Shown here piece after piece: positions 23,545-33,862 of a stretch of 64,000 bases of DNA. How positions within the stretch are numbered: the stretch's first letter is position 1; each line of letters begins with the position of its first letter. A program made the position numbers and the translations under genes. Under the pieces are notes generated by a model. It ran no database searches. It had not been told where the DNA came from and saw only the letters and a list, made by a program, of their open reading frames with translations. Source of the stretch: Zygnema circumcarinatum SAG 698-1b. Lineage: Eukaryota; Plantae; Zygnematophyceae. The stretch lies in contig CM074808.1 of the NCBI GenBank assembly GCA_037447605.1, forward strand, positions 2,666,001-2,730,000, read 5' to 3'.

Positions 23545-25200
23545 GAGGACGGATTCAGACTCAGAGGAAGAGGCAGTCAGAGAGCTACTGAAAATGGGCA
23601 TCACCGAGGAGAACCCTTATCCCAGTCTGGCTTACCTTGAGCAGATCGAGTCGATTGAAGAGCTACAGCGACTCCGTCTAGGCAGCGATGGCCACCAACT
23701 CCGCTGGCAGTATGCACGCCGCATGATCAAGCTGGCAGCCTGCCCCGTCGCTGTCACGGCCGCGGATGCCGTGAAGAGAGGAGTGCCGTTTGAACCTGCG
23801 GCCCCTACCGCGGCCCCCCAGAGACAGAACACACGAGATCTCAGTCGGATAACTACTGCGCCAGGGGTCCCTTCAAGCACAGCAGCAGCACGCAGTCCTA
23901 CAGAAGAGCAAGGGAATCATCAGAAGACACCCTCACCTCCGGCTTTCACGACTTACCCATCCGGCAGCCCCAGGCGAGCGGCTTCGGGGGCAAGGGCAGG
24001 ACGATCGCAAGGACCCTCCAGCTTTCGCACCAACCTGCACAGAAGCACACGAGTCAGATCTGAGTTTCCCAGCAAGATGGAAGAGATGATGACCAAATTG
24101 ATAGCCTTGATTCCTGAAAAGAGTGAGGTGAGGGATACCACGGGCATCATCACTAGAGGCTTCACCGGCAAGCAGGAAGATGCAGAGTCTTGGCTGAGAC
24201 ACCTTGAGGAGAAGGCAGCGCAGGCAGACCTGAAGGAAGACCAGTGGATCAAGCTGGCCCTTGGAGCGCTGGAAGGCGAGGCGGTCAACTGGAAGCTGTC
24301 CCGAAACTGGCACAAAGCGGATGTCGTCGCCACCCTGACAAGGGACACATTCAAGCAAGCTTTCAGACAACGTTGGATTTCAGATCCGATCACTGTGCTA
24401 GACCGACTTCGCTACATAGAATGCTACAGTGATGAGCGGCTGTTTGAATTCACTGAGCGCTTTGTGCGCATGGCAAATACGATCGAGAACTTGCCTGACT
24501 TTTCCGAAGTGCTCCAGTGGTTCCGCAAGGCCATCAGCGAGAAGGATCTCCACCTGGATCGTGAGCTGCGAGACAACCCACCAGCAGATGCCCAGGCATT
24601 GTTAGACAGGGCAGAGCGAATTCAGAAGGATCAGGAGAGAGGCAACCGACATGTACGACCACATTACATGAACGCTACAGATCCGCGACAAGATCGACTC
24701 TACCAGCAGTTCCTGAAGACACAGAATCAACAGTTGTTCGATCCCTACGCTACATCTACTCGGAACAAGCCTTCCTTCTCCGGCGTCACTGCTCAGGACG
24801 TCCGGACAGCCCCTGTGGTGCAGCCTCTGGCCATAGCCAGCACAACCAAGCCCCTTCCCCTTTCCCCATACCCTCATGATCCGGCGCATCCCATCGAGCC
24901 AGCGGTGAATCCTCACATACCAGATGTCTCGCGTCCAGGATATCGGGCTCCTTATTCCGATCGCACACCCGAAGAGCGAGAAGCTGCCAGGGCCGATCTG
25001 CGCCGTCGGATGACAGAGGCAGGGGTTCCGGAGGGCGTATGTCTGGCTTGTGGCCTAACTCACAACCCTGGTGCGTCGCTGACCATGGATCACCTTCCGT
25101 CCAGATCACGGATATGGATGCCCGTGTGCCATGGCGGAGGCTCCAGTGTAAGGCCCGGGAAGGGGAAGGAGCAGGAGCAGGGAACTCACTGCCAGGTCTG
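23545..25200 (+). CDS. gag: Retrotransposon Gag (N-terminus lost in the gap)
   Basis: Retrotrans_gag-like segment AESWLRHLEEKA...WIKLALGALEGEAVNW...TFKQAFRQRW. The frame is open from the gap edge. The 3' end is approximate. Confidence 0.75.
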
Positions 25201-28200
25201 TGTTTCATGGACATGCTCCCGGCTGCTCCCACACCATCAAGAACACCGGCTCCCTTTCGCCCGACGCCACCTCCTTCACCCGCTTACACCATCCTGCAAC
25301 GACCACCTATCCATCTGCACCCCATGGACTCCCCTTCCCCGTCAAACGTATTGGGTGCTGCGCCCGATCCTGCTGCCCGATCACGCACCGCCCAGGTTGC
25401 CGCGGCATTTCAACCGGCTTTGTCAGAATCCCCCATCACTTCTGAAGCTGAGGCTCAAGCCCGGATCGCCGAGATTGCAACTGCCCTTCGCAGGCTCCCT
25501 GTCAACCGAGGCGATCCTCATTCTCATCCTCTGCCATTCCTCCCTGCCAATGTCACCGGCGCCAGTTCCTCGGGCACGGCTCCATCGGTCGCCACCCCTG
25601 TCCGAAGAACTTCAGTCATCCCTCCCTCCACGGGTCCTCCCTTGGGATCCCTGCCTGAGGAGGAAATTGAAGATCTCAATGAAGAGGAGCCGACAGCGGC
25701 ACAGCCAGAGCCGACGGCACCGGCGACCGAAGAGATGCACGTCAATCCTCCACACCGCCCCCGGGCAGCCCGTTTCTACCCCCAAGCATCCGATCGTCGA
25801 CCACCCCCCCCAACAGACGGCCTATCCCTGATTGAACGCATGGTTCATCAACTCATGGGAGACAAGGCTAAGATCGGCATTACCTTGTCACAGTTGATGC
25901 AGCTTGTACCAGGTGCTGCCGCCGTAGTTCGAAAGCTGGCCGACAGTGCAGAGGCCACCCTGCGGCCTCCCACAGCTCCTATGACATCTCCTCCGGACGT
26001 CCCCTCGCCGGCCGATATCCACCACATGGCTACGGCGCCTCTGCCGGACCCAGTCCGCTCCCCTCGCCATCCTCCTCGCCAGATTCAGATCCTCCCTCTC
26101 ATCCCAACGCCCAACGTGCGGATCATCGTCAATGTATGGCTCAACGGTCATCCCAGCAAAGCCATGATCGACACGGGGGCTATGCGCACGGTTCTGTCCA
26201 AGCCTGTGATGAAGGCGGCAGGGGTCAAGTTGGACAAGACGCTTGAGCCCATCCCCCGATATGTGGGAGTTGAAGGGAGCTTACATGAAGGATTGGGAAG
26301 CGCCCAAGTGGTCATCAGTCTTGGCGAGATGGGAGCCACAGTGAATGCAGTCATCACAGCCGCTGAACACTATTCTATTCTGCTGGGCTCAGATTGGCTC
26401 ATCGCGATGGGAGCACAAATCGATTTTGCTACATGTCAACTGCACTTATCTGCTGGCGGGACAGACTGCTCCTTCCCCATCATCCTCGAGTCCCTTACCA
26501 CCTCCGCCTACCCCAAGCGCCACGCCACGGCGCAGGTCTCCTACCCGGAGATCACTATGTACCATTCAGTCGGCAGCCCCCCTCCTCCTCATGGATCGGC
26601 CAATTCTGATACCGACGACGAGACTCCCACTCCTTCTCAGAGTCCAGCTCTCGGTATGCCGACGGAGGAACTCTTGACGCCAGTGATACCTGCACCCAGC
26701 TTTCCCCCACATGAGACCATCGGTGATGAGGAGTGGCTGGAAATAGAGGGGCAGATGCGATTGGGACCTGCGGTCCTCTCAGACCCGATCAAGCATTCCC
26801 AACTACGCCAAGTGCTGCGCCGAAATCACCTAGTTTTCGCGAGACATTCACTCGACATCGGCAAGACTCACCTGATTGAGCACCACATTGATACGGGAGA
26901 TGCGCCTCCCGTGATGACCCTGACTCCCTACCGCTTTTCCGCCGCGCAGCAGGCCGATGTCGAACGACAGATCGACGAGAACGTGGCTGCCGGATTGATG
27001 GAACCTGGAGAAGGGCCGTGGGCCAGCCCGGCCGTTCTGCCCCCAAAGCCAGATGGTACACTCCGCTTCTGTGGGGACTACCGGAAACTGAATGCAATAA
27101 CGAAGTGGGATCCCTACACATTACCAGATGTGGACCTGATTCTCCACGGCGTCTCCCCTGAGGACCGATGGTTCTCGGCCCTGGACATGCAGAAGTCCTT
27201 CTGGCAGATTCCCCTGCGACAGGCTGATCGCTGCAAGACAGGGCTTCGCACAGCCACGCGCTTTGTGCAATGGACAGTGCTACCATTCGGGCTCAAGAAT
27301 TCCAGCCAGACTCACCAGCGCCTGGCCAACCAGGTGTTTGGCCCCTGTCGTGCCTTCTGCGAACCTTATGTGGATGATGCTTCGATCCACAGCAAGGACT
27401 GGTCCTCCCACCTGCAGCACATTGACCAAGTCCTGCAACAGCTCATCAGTGCGCGTCTGAAGATTGCACCCAAGAAGTGCAAATGGGGCCACCAGGAGAT
27501 CACTCATCTCGGGCACCGCCTCGGCATCAATGGCCTGAAACCATCACCCGATAAGATTGAAGCGATTGCCCTCATGCCGATTCCACAAACCCTCACTCAG
27601 CTCAAGTCCTTCTTGGGGCTCACCTCATTCTATCGCCGGTTCATCAAGGGCTATGCCCTTCTCGCACGTCCCCTCCATGCCTTGGAGAAGCACGGAGTCC
27701 AGTACGAATGGAGCCGAGCGCAGGATTTGGCCTTCCACGCGCTCAAGAGTGCCCTCCTTCAGGCTCCTTGCCTGCATCAATTCGACCCCAACCTTCCCAC
27801 CATTATTGACGCTGACTGGAGTCAGACAGGCTTTGGGGCAGTGGCCAGCCAAGCATTCTCAGATGGGGAACACCCGGTCAGTTATGCAAGCAGGGTCTGT
27901 TCAGAAACCGAGACCAAGTATAGCCCTACTGAGGGAGAGGCCGCGGCTATCCTCTGGGCACTCGAGAAGTTCAAGCTCTTCACGGCCTACCAGCCCGTTA
28001 TCATCCGGACTGACCACATGCCCCTCACTTGGCTGCACATCATGGCTACCCTACGACCTAAGTTTGCACGATGGGTGATGAAGTTGGAGGAGTCTAATGT
28101 ACTCAAGGTCACTCACCGTCCCGGCCGTAGTCACGGCAATGCTGACGGCCTCAGTCGCAACCCCTCGGCTCCCCTCCCGTCACGATCCCGTCTGAGCCCA

Positions 28201-28221
28201 TCCTCTCACCCACCCTCTTGA
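25039..28221 (+). CDS. pol: Retrotransposon Pol: aspartic protease, reverse transcriptase, RNase H
   Basis: 1060-aa ORF in the -1 frame relative to gag, with KAMIDTGA, FCGDYRKLN, PYVDDASIHS, IDADWSQTGFGAV and HRPGRSHGNADGLSR. It stops before the integrase. Confidence 0.92.
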   Translation: MSGLWPNSQPWCVADHGSPSVQITDMDARVPWRRLQCKAREGEGAGAGNSLPGLCFMDMLPAAPTPSRTPAPFRPTPPPSPAYTILQRPPIHLHPMDSPSPSNVLGAAPDPAARSRTAQVAAAFQPALSESPITSEAEAQARIAEIATALRRLPVNRGDPHSHPLPFLPANVTGASSSGTAPSVATPVRRTSVIPPSTGPPLGSLPEEEIEDLNEEEPTAAQPEPTAPATEEMHVNPPHRPRAARFYPQASDRRPPPPTDGLSLIERMVHQLMGDKAKIGITLSQLMQLVPGAAAVVRKLADSAEATLRPPTAPMTSPPDVPSPADIHHMATAPLPDPVRSPRHPPRQIQILPLIPTPNVRIIVNVWLNGHPSKAMIDTGAMRTVLSKPVMKAAGVKLDKTLEPIPRYVGVEGSLHEGLGSAQVVISLGEMGATVNAVITAAEHYSILLGSDWLIAMGAQIDFATCQLHLSAGGTDCSFPIILESLTTSAYPKRHATAQVSYPEITMYHSVGSPPPPHGSANSDTDDETPTPSQSPALGMPTEELLTPVIPAPSFPPHETIGDEEWLEIEGQMRLGPAVLSDPIKHSQLRQVLRRNHLVFARHSLDIGKTHLIEHHIDTGDAPPVMTLTPYRFSAAQQADVERQIDENVAAGLMEPGEGPWASPAVLPPKPDGTLRFCGDYRKLNAITKWDPYTLPDVDLILHGVSPEDRWFSALDMQKSFWQIPLRQADRCKTGLRTATRFVQWTVLPFGLKNSSQTHQRLANQVFGPCRAFCEPYVDDASIHSKDWSSHLQHIDQVLQQLISARLKIAPKKCKWGHQEITHLGHRLGINGLKPSPDKIEAIALMPIPQTLTQLKSFLGLTSFYRRFIKGYALLARPLHALEKHGVQYEWSRAQDLAFHALKSALLQAPCLHQFDPNLPTIIDADWSQTGFGAVASQAFSDGEHPVSYASRVCSETETKYSPTEGEAAAILWALEKFKLFTAYQPVIIRTDHMPLTWLHIMATLRPKFARWVMKLEESNVLKVTHRPGRSHGNADGLSRNPSAPLPSRSRLSPSSHPPS

Positions 28222-28599
28222 ACCTGAGATCTTCCCATCGAGACCCTCATCGTCGTTAAGCCCGGACGCATGCCCTCTTCAGACTGGCTGGCTCGACATT
28301 CTGGCTGCAGCCACCACCCTCCATCGCTGGCAGCACCCCTATTTACCCATGGACACTCCACGGGGATCCGTGGAACTCCTCATGACGACGATGGCGACGC
28401 TCCCTCACCTTCCTCCCCATTTCCCCAGTGCCAATGACGACACCCTAGGTCTCCCTTCCGCGCGACGCTCCGGCCCGGGACGCTGCCCCCCTTTGCTACG
28501 GACATCGAGAAGGCTCTGCCTCCCTTCCGCGCCGGAACTTCTCTGATGATGAAGGACAGATCCTGACCTCCCTCTCTGGCCTTCCCGTTCCCTTCCCCA

Positions 28600-29322
28600 A
28601 CCACGGCACCTGCAGATTTCATGTCGTCACCACTCCCCAGGCGGATTCCACCCCTGGCTGAGAGATGGTGGCCCTGCTGCAAGAACGCTACTATTGGCCC
28701 GGCCTCCATGGCGCCGTGAACCGCTACATCGAAACCTGCACCCGCTGCCAACGCGGCAAGCGCTCTGCTCCCCCGGACCGCCAACCCCTTGAGATGGGTG
28801 AGATCCCCATACGAGGCGTCGCCGAATATTGGAACATTGACACCTTTTCTATCCCCCAGCTCGGCACCCTCTGGCTACATTCGGGTCTTCCTAGCCGTGG
28901 ACAGATACACCAAGTGGGTAGAAGTTCACACGACAGAATCTAAGCATTCCATCCACTCTGCTCGTCTCTTGACGGCCATCATTCACCGCCACTCTCTACC
29001 CTACTCTGTCCACTCTGACAACGGCACCGAATACAAGGGGGCATTTGCCAAGCTCATGCAGGACTTCCGCATCATTCACCACACCTCCAGCCCCTACTCC
29101 CCCTGGCAGAATGGGCTTGCAGAACGTACCATTCAGACGGTCAAGGATGCGTGCGTCCGCGGCTGCGCGGAGCTGGAGGCGGACTGGCGCGAGGTCATCC
29201 CCTCCCTGGTCTTCACGTACAACACCTCTGTTCACTCCTCCACTGGCTTCTCTCCCTACGAGCTCCTCTATGGCCGTAAGCCCCGCATTCCCCTTGACCT
29301 CCTCTCTGCTGAGCCCCTCTTC
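28600..29322 (+). pseudogene. Frameshifted DDE integrase (HHCC zinc finger plus rve core)
   Basis: YYWPGL...CTRCQ is in one frame. FLAVDRYTKWVE...HSDNGTEY...PWQNGLAER...FSPYELLYGRKP is in another. Both are disconnected from the RT-RH ORF. Confidence 0.85.
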
Positions 29323-29332
29323 NNNNNNNNNN

Positions 29333-29660
29333 AGTTGGCCAATCAGAGACTGTCACTGCTAAGTCTCAAGATCTATTGTCAGTGTTAAGTAGATGGGATG
29401 TCAGTGATGCTGTTTTGTCTTTTAGTGCTGGGCTTAGTATTTGTATTTGCTGTGTGGTTTGTTGTCTTGTTCTTCTTTCTTCTTTTCCTTCCTCTTCAGT
29501 TACAGCAACAGATGCTAAGTAAGAGAGAGAGAGAGAGAGAGTTCCATGCCATAGATAGAAAGAGAGAGAAGAAGGGTCTTCTTGCTGATAGCATTTAGAC
29601 GTCCCATTCAGCCCAGCTAGACAAAGATTTCAGTGAGAAGACGATTTCATTGTAATGACA
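29333..29660 (+). repeat. Second LTR copy (5' part in the gap), ending TGACA
   Basis: About 96% identical to 23150-23477 by manual comparison. It is followed by the same post-LTR leader as the first copy. Confidence 0.8.
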
Positions 29661-30090
29661 TTCCCCAGCCAACCGCTGGCTGGGGTGAGTTTCCAAAATG
29701 CAACCTTTACCTAAGTTGAGCACTGTTTTTCCCTTTGCTGTCACTATGCAAAGCTGCCATCTTGTCCTAATCTGCCCTACGCTTATCCCAATGACCGATG
29801 ATAACTAGAAGCTTAGCTAAGAGACTAGCCGAGGAGAGGACAGGGGAAGAGAGCCCCCAAGGAAGGGCTCTTCGCGCATCGAGTCCAGCCGCCGGTGGGA
29901 ACATCTTCAGGATCCCTACGTCTTCCGCTGCGCGTACCTCTGAATCCCCCGGATCCTGGCTCTATGCTGCAGGCAGACCCACAGAACCAACCCAACCCTT
30001 CATTAGTTTCAGCACGGACGCGCGTGTGGCCGTACAGCACCTGCAGCTAGCTCAGCAGTCTTTGTTTAACCCCACTTATCTTGTGCTACA

Positions 30091-30948
30091 CCGCGTAAGC
30101 CCGAAACAGCTAGTACAGCTAGTACGGCTAGTACGAATAGTACGAATAGTACGGCTAACACAAAGTTACCGTACAAAAAGGTGGTTTCGGCAAAATCGGG
30201 GCGAATTTCTTGGGGACGCACTGTACAAGGTGGAAAATATTATGGTGGTCCACTGTATCGGCATGGGGGACCGGCAGCAGGGCTGTCCAATGGCAGACTG
30301 CCACGTGGCAACCACTGACCCAAACGGGTCAGGTGAGGACAACGTTTCCGTAGGCTCGCCGCATCTCGGGGGCCACGCCGCGATGCGCGGCGCCGTACGT
30401 CGGTGCACGGTCGGATCCTGCGCGCGAGGCGCGGGGTCCGATTGTCTACAAGATCTCTCCTCCCGAAAGATCCAAGGGGGGGGATGATTAGCCAAAAAAA
30501 AAAGTACAATTTTTCCCAAAAGGGGGCGCCGATATCCAAAAAGTGGGGCCGCTGTATCATTTTCCTATTTTCGCCATGGTTTCAGCAAATACCGGGCGAA
30601 AATATTGTATTTTGCAAAAATAAGGTCCGTTTACCAATAGGCGAGCGGAATTATGTTAGAGTTCATGTATGTCCGTACGTATCGTATCGTATCTTCTGTT
30701 GTCGTATCGTGCCGCATCGTAACGTGTCGTAACGTATCGAAGCCAAGAAGAAGGGGAGAAGAGCGAGCGCCTCTTACGGTGGCACGTGCGGGGAGAGCCC
30801 GCGTAAGCCCGAAACAGCTAGTACAGCTAGTACGGCTAGTACGAATAGTACGAATAGTACGGCTAACACAAAGTTACCGTACAAAAAGGTGGTTTCGGCA
30901 AAATCGGGGCGAATTTCTTGGGGCCGCACTGTACAAGGTGGAAAATAT
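30091..30948. repeat. Modular repeat: two 150-bp direct repeats (30091-30240, 30799-30948) with 9-bp tandem units, enclosing rearranged copies of the 22.07-22.77 kb modules
   Basis: The direct repeats differ at one base. 30166-30565 matches 22379-22773, and 30566-30693 matches 22070-22200. Confidence 0.85.
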
Positions 30949-31302
30949 GAAGAGGGTCCCCTGTACTTGTGTTCGTACTTTTCGCTCGTTTCTCCGTACT
31001 GTAATTGGTCGAATTTCAGCTGTTCTATGCGGTCACGTCACGGGCACGAAAGGGATCACATTTCCCCGGGGCGCGAATTGCGCCGGGACCGTGCCCGCAA
31101 CCCTACACTGGATTGCGACCCTACACTGGAGGCGTTGCAGGATTTAAGCGATCGCCAATTTGCCAGCAGCAGGTTCAGGAATGTGAGGGAGGCGGCGGCC
31201 GTGGCGGAGTTCCGCCCCCTGGCAGACCTGCAGCAGCCTTTTGCACTGTTTAATCGCAGGATGAGTAGGATAATGGACTTGTTTGGAAGGACGACCAATC
31301 AG

Positions 31303-31348
31303 TTGGCAACCATCCTCTCTTCCAGACGGAGGAGAGGATGGTTGCCAA
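31303..31348. other. 21-bp near-perfect hairpin with a 4-nt loop (small-RNA-precursor-like)
   Basis: TTGGCAACCATCCTCTCTTCC-AGAC-GGAGGAGAGGATGGTTGCCAA, with one G:U pair on the + strand. Confidence 0.5.
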
Positions 31349-31706
31349 TCGTACGATGCCCTATGTTTATGGAGAGCTGAAAAGTGCAGAAACGTGACAA
31401 TGGTGTTGGTTTGGCACGGCAGAACTGTGCCCTGACTTCAGGCTCTAACTTGGAACGGAATGCTGTCCCCTTGGGGGCAACTTTTCAATGAGCGGTAGGA
31501 CTGCTCGCCATTCGCAACTGTATATTCAGTGGAGGATGCGTGCAATGCTCGAGGAAATCTCGCTTCTCGCTACTGCTCACTCGGCTCTGCTCTGCACTGT
31601 AAGTCATTCAAGGGTTGTCTTTGACCTCTTTGTCTCATTTCTCGTTTTTGTAGGAATTGTGTTGGGAAAGTAAATATGTTCACTTGGGGGTTTATGCAAT
31701 GGTTTC

Positions 31707-31841
31707 CTGGCCACTGATGAAATTTTTGAAATGTGCAGTTGTAGGTGCTGCTGGGCCCCTGCTTGCCAGGGAGAACCTACCCAGCACAGCACCTGCACTT
31801 CAATGACATAGACTTGCGAGAGAATCGCAGTCTGAGGCCAG
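31707..31841 (+). ncRNA. Candidate box C/D-like structured RNA, copy 1 (135 nt)
   Basis: Terminal stem CTGGCC/GGCCAG, box C cTGATGA (31714-31720) and box D CTGA (31832-31835) in kink-turn geometry, with two internal hairpins. Confidence 0.6.
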
Positions 31842-32085
31842 ATAATGTACTGTTTGGTGATGGATTGGGAACAATAGTACCTTTTGGGTGTATGGCATGG
31901 TCTAAACGAAATACAGTTCGAGAAAGCTTAGTCCGAGACCGTGGGCAGCAAAAGCATCTGTGTTGTTTAAATTAGGGGCATTGATCAAGCAAAAAAAAGG
32001 GGTTGATGCTGAGATAAATGTTGTTACGTGCAATAAACCATAATTGGGGCATACATCAACAAGGTTTAGAAGCAGATGTATGAGG

Positions 32086-32221
32086 CTGGCCAAGGATGCA
32101 ACATATTCAAAGTGCAGTTGCAGGCGCCGCTGGGCCCCTGCTTGCCAGGGAGAACCTACCCAGCACCAGTACCTGCATTTCAAAGACATAGACTTGCGGG
32201 AGAACCGCTGTCTGAGGCCAG
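32086..32221 (+). ncRNA. Candidate box C/D-like structured RNA, copy 2 (136 nt)
   Basis: Paralogue 379 nt downstream. It has the same terminal stem and box D, a variant box C (aGGATGC), an identical 38-nt core, and compensatory stem changes relative to copy 1. Confidence 0.55.
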
Positions 32222-33862
32222 AAAGTGCATTTCTTTAAGGTCGGGTTGGAGACTGTAGTCCTGATCAGATATGCAGTTGTTTAAGGTGTTTACTTCTGTA
32301 TACCATAAATGTTTTCAGCTTCCAGCCCTTACAGTTGTTTGTTCATCGTCTGCTTGCTTGTCGTAAACACAACCCCACACCCCCCCCCCCCCCCCCNNNN
32401 NNNNNNCCCCCCCCCCCCCCCCCCCCCCCCTTTCCTCCCTCCCCCCCATTCAATGTGAACAGACTAGGCACATTTACCTTGTGGTTGTTCAGTAGCTGAT
32501 TGAATTGAGCAATAGGACGTGGATCATAGTCTAAGGGTCGTTTCTCCTTGATTCCGTTTCATTTAACAATGGGGTCATCTTCATTGAGATATCATCAAAG
32601 AATCTTCTTTACTGTAGCCCTTGGTCCATATTGCAGAACCTAAGTAGAACATGCTCATTGCTGCTATGCCTTTTGACCGTGTGTCATACTTGCCTGAGAC
32701 TGTAACATTGGACTCGTGAGAACATACTTCGGAAGTACGGTACTGATGCTTGTCCTGCCGTTGAAATCCGGGTTTTTTTATTTTTCACGCTATCACTACT
32801 GTTCTTTGAAGTGACGCCTATGCAAGGATGTGCTTGGTTTTTCCCTGATGCAGCCTTCAGGTCCCGACCCTATGAACCGTGCATGAGTGAGAGCAAAACT
32901 TGCCATTGGGGGGCGTATTTCTCGAGAAGGAGAGGTTCTGGACACTGGAAGCATGTTCTACCTCACCATGAAAGCAACGCATGTCGAGGTCGCTTCGTCA
33001 CGAGAACTGCTCGGCTATTCCTTTTAAACGAAAAGCTATTATAGCGCAGAGAAGGTAGATAGGTAGGCAGAGGAGGTCTTCGAGTACAACTTGAAGCTTG
33101 TACACAGCGAACCTCTTTATTTGTTGTATACCCTTGTAACCTTTTAAGGCATTTGAACGTCACTATATGCGCAATTCATCTGGCTGCCAGCAGCGCTAGT
33201 GTTTGTTTGGAATTAGAACTACTCGTCGTCTTTGTCGAAAGCGTCTTTGTGCAGTATGGACCTTCAGAGTTGGAATGTCAGAAGACGACAACACGTCCCT
33301 TAGGAACGTGAGAATTCGCTTATCTGTAAAACAGGTTTTTTAAGACCATAGATTAAATTGCAGCATTATTCTGGTGAGAAGACTGCTGTCAACGTCTCCA
33401 TGAAATCATCATGGAAACCCGTAAATTTGGGCAAAATGAGCGACATGACAAATTTCCATTCAGGGGCATCCAATGCGAGCATAGTGGAAAATGAGAGGTC
33501 GATATAACTGAGTTCAATAGCTGCACAAAGCTGCACCTCAGTTGTAACTCCACACTGATAGCATATACAAATAGTTGCCTATGGCTGACTTAACAAACCA
33601 CATCTTACGCACTCGACACCGAATGCACGAAAATATGCTGCTATTGCCGCTAGCCCACGCAAATGCTTGGGCAGTTGACAAGCCTACATCATTCAACTTC
33701 ATAGCATCCCACATAAAAGTAGGACAAAGAATCTGAGTTGGGCTGGTGGCGGACGGGAAAACAATATGGTACTGATCGTTAACTGTACAAAATCTCAGGC
33801 TGTAGACCTTAGTCTCTGTCACTTTGTGACAACTGTCACTTTGTGACAGCCGTCCTAACGAA

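Larger units (their letters stand above)
22961..29660 (+). mobile_element. Ty3/Gypsy LTR retrotransposon (gag-PR-RT-RH-INT), decayed, spanning two assembly gaps
   Basis: Domain order is PR (MIDTGA), RT (YRKLN, LPFGL, YVDD), RH (DWSQ, YASR, TDH), INT. It is flanked by similar direct repeats. No target-site duplication could be established. Confidence 0.92.
21158..32406. other. Five 10-N scaffold gaps (21158-21167, 22938-22947, 23535-23544, 29323-29332, 32397-32406)
   Basis: Directly visible. They abut G/C/A homopolymers or repeat copies, so contig order and orientation here are uncertain. Confidence 1.

Noticed and set aside
30091-30948. TRIM (miniature LTR element) reading of the 150-bp direct repeats
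   Set aside because: There are no TG...CA ends and no TSD, and I could not match the TGGTGGTCC after the first repeat to a tRNA end.
31707-31841. Hammerhead ribozyme, SECIS element or Sm-class snRNA interpretation of the structured repeat
   Set aside because: CTGATGA is present but GAAA is not, and copy 2 lacks CUGANGA. The AUGA SECIS core and the AATTTTTG Sm-like site are not conserved in copy 2.
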